Shown piece by piece: positions 59,781-64,000 of a DNA stretch of 64,000 nucleotides. Origin of the DNA: an uncultured delta proteobacterium (GTDB lineage: Bacteria; Desulfobacterota; Desulfobacteria; Desulfobacterales; JAHEIW01); contig CAVPNL010000006.1 in NCBI GenBank assembly GCA_963706575.1, forward strand, positions 544,001 to 608,000. The letters run 5' to 3'. Below the pieces are notes generated by a model, which saw nothing but the letters and a program-made list of their open reading frames with translations, had not been told where the DNA came from and did no database searches. Numbering within the stretch: the first letter of the stretch is position 1; the number at the start of each line of letters is the position of its first letter. The translations under genes were made by a program, and so were the position numbers.

Positions 59781-61175
59781 ATGAGCAAAAAACCAACCAA
59801 TGCGGAATTGGAAAAAAAAGTCAAAGTGCTCGAAAAAACTGAAGGCGCGTTGCGCGAAAGTGAGGAGCTATACCGAAATCTGTTTCAAAATGCGCCCATC
59901 GGGATCGGCATTGCCGACAGGCACGGCAATCTGATTGACTTCAACGAAGCCATTTTAAAACCGGGTGAATATGTTGCTGAAGATATTTTCAAAATAAAAA
60001 ACATTAAAAAAATATATTATCATCAGAAAGCGCGCGATGATGTTTTAGCCAAACTGAAGAAGCAGGGTTTTGTTGATCGCGCCGAAGTTCAATTCAGACG
60101 CAAGGACGGTCGGCCCTATGATTGTTTGCTAAGCCTCAGAAACATCACCTATAAAGAAAAACCCTGCATTCAGGCAATCGTCCAGGATGTCACCCGGCTT
60201 AAAGAAATTGAGAAAATGCTCTGGGGCAGCCGCGAGAGGTTCGAGTCTCTGGTGGAAACCACCAGCGACTGGATCTGGGAAGTTGATCGGACCGGCGCTT
60301 ATATTTTCAGCAATCAAAAAGTCAAAGACATATTGGGCTATGATCGTCATGAAGTCATCGGCAAAAGGCCTTTTGATTTTATGCCGCCGAATGAGGCCCA
60401 AAAAGTCGCTAAAAGCTTCCGTAAATTCGCTAAATCCCGCCAGGCCTTTTCCGGGATGGAAAATATTAATCTCCACAAGGATGGTCATGAAGTCGTGCTC
60501 GAAACGAGCGGGGTGCCGGTTTTTGATGAGAACGGCGAATATCTGGGATATCGGGGCATCGACCGCGATATCACCAAGCGCAAACTGGCGGAACAGGTAT
60601 TGGAACAAATTAATGCCGAACTGGAAAGCCGGGTTGAGACGCGCACAGCAGATTTGATCAAAGCAAACCGACAGCTCAAACAAGAGGTGGCTGAGCGCAA
60701 GCAGGCTGAACAGGCATTGAAAAAAAAAGAAAAGGAATTAAAGAACAAAACAGCGCAATTGCAGGAGCTCAATTCAGCGTTGAAGGTCCTGTTGACGAAA
60801 AAAGATGAAGATAGAGTCGATCTTGAAGAAAAGATGGTCAGTAACGTGCGCGAACTGGTCTTTCCCTACCTGGCAAAATTAAACAACGGTAAATTGCCGG
60901 ACAGGGAAAAAGCGTTTGTCAATATCATCGAATCCAACCTCAAAGATATTCTGTCCCCTTTTGCGCGCAGCCTGACCAGCAAATATCTGGGAATGACGCC
61001 CACCGAAATTAAGGTGGCCAACCTCATTAAACAGGGCAAAACCACAAAAGACATCGCCGAATTAAGCAACCTGTCCCCCAGAACCATTGAATTCCATAGA
61101 GACAATATCCGAACGAAGCTGGGAATCAAAAACAAAAAGGCAAATCTCAGAACCCATTTGCTGTCTCTTGATTAA
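59781..61175 (+). CDS. PAS-domain LuxR-family transcriptional regulator
   Basis: Two PAS domains, coiled coil, [22 protein letters not shown]...[17 protein letters not shown]. Confidence 0.92.
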   Translation: MSKKPTNAELEKKVKVLEKTEGALRESEELYRNLFQNAPIGIGIADRHGNLIDFNEAILKPGEYVAEDIFKIKNIKKIYYHQKARDDVLAKLKKQGFVDRAEVQFRRKDGRPYDCLLSLRNITYKEKPCIQAIVQDVTRLKEIEKMLWGSRERFESLVETTSDWIWEVDRTGAYIFSNQKVKDILGYDRHEVIGKRPFDFMPPNEAQKVAKSFRKFAKSRQAFSGMENINLHKDGHEVVLETSGVPVFDENGEYLGYRGIDRDITKRKLAEQVLEQINAELESRVETRTADLIKANRQLKQEVAERKQAEQALKKKEKELKNKTAQLQELNSALKVLLTKKDEDRVDLEEKMVSNVRELVFPYLAKLNNGKLPDREKAFVNIIESNLKDILSPFARSLTSKYLGMTPTEIKVANLIKQGKTTKDIAELSNLSPRTIEFHRDNIRTKLGIKNKKANLRTHLLSLD

Positions 61176-61231
61176 ATGCGATCCGCTCGTGTGCCGAAAA
61201 GGGGTGGTGCGCAATTTAGCAACCGTCGCCT

Positions 61232-62698
61232 TCAATCAGACATATGCGATTTTTTGCGCTGAATCGTCAGCATCGTGATATCATCTTCCTGGGGGGCTAT
61301 GCCGATATGCGCAAAAAGATGAGTTGCGATCCGTTGCATGAGATCCAATGCATTATCCGCCGGTTGAGATAACAGGGCGTTTAGACGCTTTTTAGTAAAG
61401 CGCTCTCCATCCGGTGTGCGTGCATCGATAACTCCATCCGTATACGCAAACAAAATGTCGCCCGGCTGCAGCTGAATTTCTTTGGTTGCGAATTTTGCCT
61501 GGGGCAGGGCACCCACTGCCGGTCCGGTGGGCAGTAAGCGTTCGCGGATACCCTGTTGATCAATAACAGATACCGCTTCATGCCCGCCATTCATATATAC
61601 CAGTCTTCCGTTTTCCGGATCCAAAACACCGAAAAAAAGCGTGGCAAACATACACATATCATTGTCCTGGGCGATGTACTCATTGGTGAGAGCCACTGCG
61701 ATAAGCGGATTGGATTGCTCCACGACGCTCGTTTCCGGCTGCATCATCAGATGACCCGCTTCTTTCTGGCTGGCAGCAGTGAATGATTCGCACAAGTGTT
61801 TGCACAAATGGGTTTGTCCGGAAAAGATCCGGATCAAGCTGCGGAATAGCGCCATAAAAAGCGCTGATCCCACGCCTTTGTCACACACATCCCCGATAAC
61901 CAGCCCGATGTAGCCGCCCGGCAACTTGAATGCATCATAAAAGTCTCCGGAAACCCGTGTGGCCGGGAAGAAAAATTCCTCGATTTGCCAATCGGACAAT
62001 TGCGGTAATTTTTTGGGCAAAAAGCTCATTTGAATTTGACGGCATTTTTCTATCTCCTGATCGAGCGTCCGGGAATAGGCTTCAATCTTTTGGTTGGCTT
62101 TTCCCAGAGAATGAAGCGAATGGTTTAGATTGGTAAAGAGACAGGCGTTTTCTAAAACCATGGCGACTTGGGTGGCGGTGATTCGCATGAGCTCGACGAT
62201 TTCCTGTGAAAAATGGTAAGGAGCAGAATGCTTTAGGGTCAGAATCCCCAGAAGCACCTCACCGCTGATGATCGGCAGCGCCAGGGCCGACCGGGCGCGA
62301 TAGGGCTGATCCGGAAAGGTTAACCAGCGATCATCTTTGCGGGTGTCATGAACCAGGCCGATCTTACGGTGCCGCTTCACCCAGCCGGCAAGGCCTTTTT
62401 TAAATGCCGAATCGATTAGCACGGACGCCGGCTCGGCAGAGATATTGCCGCGTGACAGGATACTGTCGGTTACACCGCCGTCACTGTCGAGCAAAATCAG
62501 GCTGCCATGGTCTGCGCCGGTCAGCGCGATGGATATCTCAATCGTTTTGCGCAACATGGCTTTGATGACATCGGGTTCATCGGGGGAGCGCGCCATTGAA
62601 ATGAAGCGTTCAAACAGCTCAGACTGGGCCTGGAAGGCCGCGCCCAAAGCATCTGCGCTGAGGATGCTGCTGAGTTTTTCTTCTGCCATACTCTCCAT
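61232..62698 (-). CDS. GAF + SpoIIE/RsbU PP2C-type phosphatase
   Basis: GAF (GLAGWV...DDRW), SGDFYD, GDVCDKG, NGGH, YTDGVIDA, DDITML. Confidence 0.9.
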   Translation of the reverse strand: MESMAEEKLSSILSADALGAAFQAQSELFERFISMARSPDEPDVIKAMLRKTIEISIALTGADHGSLILLDSDGGVTDSILSRGNISAEPASVLIDSAFKKGLAGWVKRHRKIGLVHDTRKDDRWLTFPDQPYRARSALALPIISGEVLLGILTLKHSAPYHFSQEIVELMRITATQVAMVLENACLFTNLNHSLHSLGKANQKIEAYSRTLDQEIEKCRQIQMSFLPKKLPQLSDWQIEEFFFPATRVSGDFYDAFKLPGGYIGLVIGDVCDKGVGSALFMALFRSLIRIFSGQTHLCKHLCESFTAASQKEAGHLMMQPETSVVEQSNPLIAVALTNEYIAQDNDMCMFATLFFGVLDPENGRLVYMNGGHEAVSVIDQQGIRERLLPTGPAVGALPQAKFATKEIQLQPGDILFAYTDGVIDARTPDGERFTKKRLNALLSQPADNALDLMQRIATHLFAHIGIAPQEDDITMLTIQRKKSHMSD

Positions 62699-63050
62699 GG
62701 AGGTGCCCTCCCGCATTAAAATGTTAGGAGTCAAAAAGAAATTTGAGGCGTTACTTGTTTTGGAGCCATGTGAGATGCGATATCAGATCCGGTTTGATTT
62801 CACGCATGAAACCTTTTTCAGGTGGAGAATAAGATTAGAGATAGCTGACAAATATACCACACTGTAACACACAATAGCTGATTCAAAAAAGATTGCTTTG
62901 ACTTAAGTCAAAGAATTAAAGTTGGCGATCCGCCGTTCTATAAATTGACAGGACAGTTTAATTCGGTTATACGATTTCACTAAAACTTTATCTACATATG
63001 CTTGTGATACGCTGAGCGGCAGCGGTAATTGCGAATTCTAAAAGGGATCG

Positions 63051-64000
63051 GTGACTGTGAAACCGGCGGATCTGATTTACAGTGTCGAAGAAAACCCGCC
63101 TTTAGGGACGACCCTCCTTCTGGCCATCCAGCACCTGATTATTGCGGTGGTCTATCTGGTATATCCGGTCATCGTCGTTACCGAGGCCGGCGGCAGCCTG
63201 AGCCAGGCGACCTTTGCCGTTCAATTTTCCATGCTCGCCATCGGCATCGGGACCATTCTCCAGGTTCGAAACTCCGGGCCGGCCGGCAGCGGCTTTCTTA
63301 TCCCCCACGTTACCACCGCGGCTTATTTAATGCCTTCCATCATGGCCGCCAGAAGCGGCGGGCTGGCCCTGGTGCTCGGGATGACAACCATAGCCGGCCT
63401 ATTCGTCGCATTAATTTCCCGCTTTATGAACAAGTTGCGCGTGCTGTTTCCGCCGGAAGTCTCGGGCGTGGTTGTGGCCATGATCGGTTTTTCGCTGGCG
63501 AAAGCCGCTTTTTCGCGCTTTGTGGGTATGGGAACTGCAGAAAGCGTGGTAAATCCCTCGGAGCTTTTGGTGGGCATTGTGACCCTGGCCACCATGGTTG
63601 CGCTGGTTGTATGGTCTAATGGAAACCTGCGCCTGTATTCGGCAGCGATCGGGCTGGCCGTCGGCTACGGGCTTTCCCTGCTGCTCGGCGTCTTCAACGC
63701 CGGCGCACTGGCCGAAATGGCCGAAGCGCCGCTAGTTGCCCTGCCGTCCTGGGAACATCCGGGCTTTAAATTTGATTTATATTTGATTCCGCCTTTTCTG
63801 ATCGGCGCCCTGGCATCTGTCTTTAAAGCTTCCGGCGTGGTCATCAACTGCCAGAAGATCAACGATCCTGAGTGGAAGCGGGCGGATATGAACTCTGTCG
63901 GCAAAGGGCTGCTGGCCGATGGCATCGGCTGCATTTCCGCCGGCTTGCTCGGCGGGGCGGGCACGTCTATGTCGGCCGCCAATGTCGGGCTTTCCATGGC
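63051..64000 (+). CDS. NCS2-family (xanthine/uracil) permease, 3' end outside window
   Basis: Manual translation: VKPADLIYSVEENPPLGTTLLLAIQHL...LFPPEVSGVVVAMIG...KGLLADGIG. Confidence 0.85.
   Translation, partial: MTVKPADLIYSVEENPPLGTTLLLAIQHLIIAVVYLVYPVIVVTEAGGSLSQATFAVQFSMLAIGIGTILQVRNSGPAGSGFLIPHVTTAAYLMPSIMAARSGGLALVLGMTTIAGLFVALISRFMNKLRVLFPPEVSGVVVAMIGFSLAKAAFSRFVGMGTAESVVNPSELLVGIVTLATMVALVVWSNGNLRLYSAAIGLAVGYGLSLLLGVFNAGALAEMAEAPLVALPSWEHPGFKFDLYLIPPFLIGALASVFKASGVVINCQKINDPEWKRADMNSVGKGLLADGIGCISAGLLGGAGTSMSAANVGLSM

Overview
Chromosomal window from a sulfate-reducing deltaproteobacterium (Desulfobacterales-like, inferred from gene content). In order, it holds: the infC-rpmI-rplT-pheS-pheT translation operon; small housekeeping genes; three YkgJ-type Cys-cluster genes, two of them frameshifted; the core sulfate-reduction locus aprBA-qmoABC with convergent sat; an uncharacterised nine-gene envelope operon (22.2-34.9 kb); two tRNA-Ser genes; a hydrogen-metabolism locus; and signalling genes. 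The envelope operon encodes two lipoproteins, a membrane Ser/Thr kinase, a PEGA/FGE-fold protein, a TolQ/ExbB-like channel, a degenerate Hsp70-FHA fusion and two Asp-bearing TM-coiled-coil-vWA proteins. The hydrogen locus has a periplasmic [NiFe] hydrogenase, a maturation protease, an RND-histidine kinase fusion, a group 2-like sensory hydrogenase, a PAS kinase, a receiver, hypCFDE, apbE and an RND-cNMP-GGDEF fusion. Three observations stand out. (1) An in-frame TGA with a SECIS-like hairpin puts a putative selenocysteine at the N-terminal, Ni-Fe-bridging cysteine of the periplasmic hydrogenase, not the canonical [NiFeSe] position. (2) The envelope operon looks like an ion-driven motor coupled to kinase/FHA signalling. 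(3) RND/MMPL membrane domains are fused to signalling outputs. Intergenic spacers carry several repeat families. All calls come from reading motifs by eye; no searches were run.
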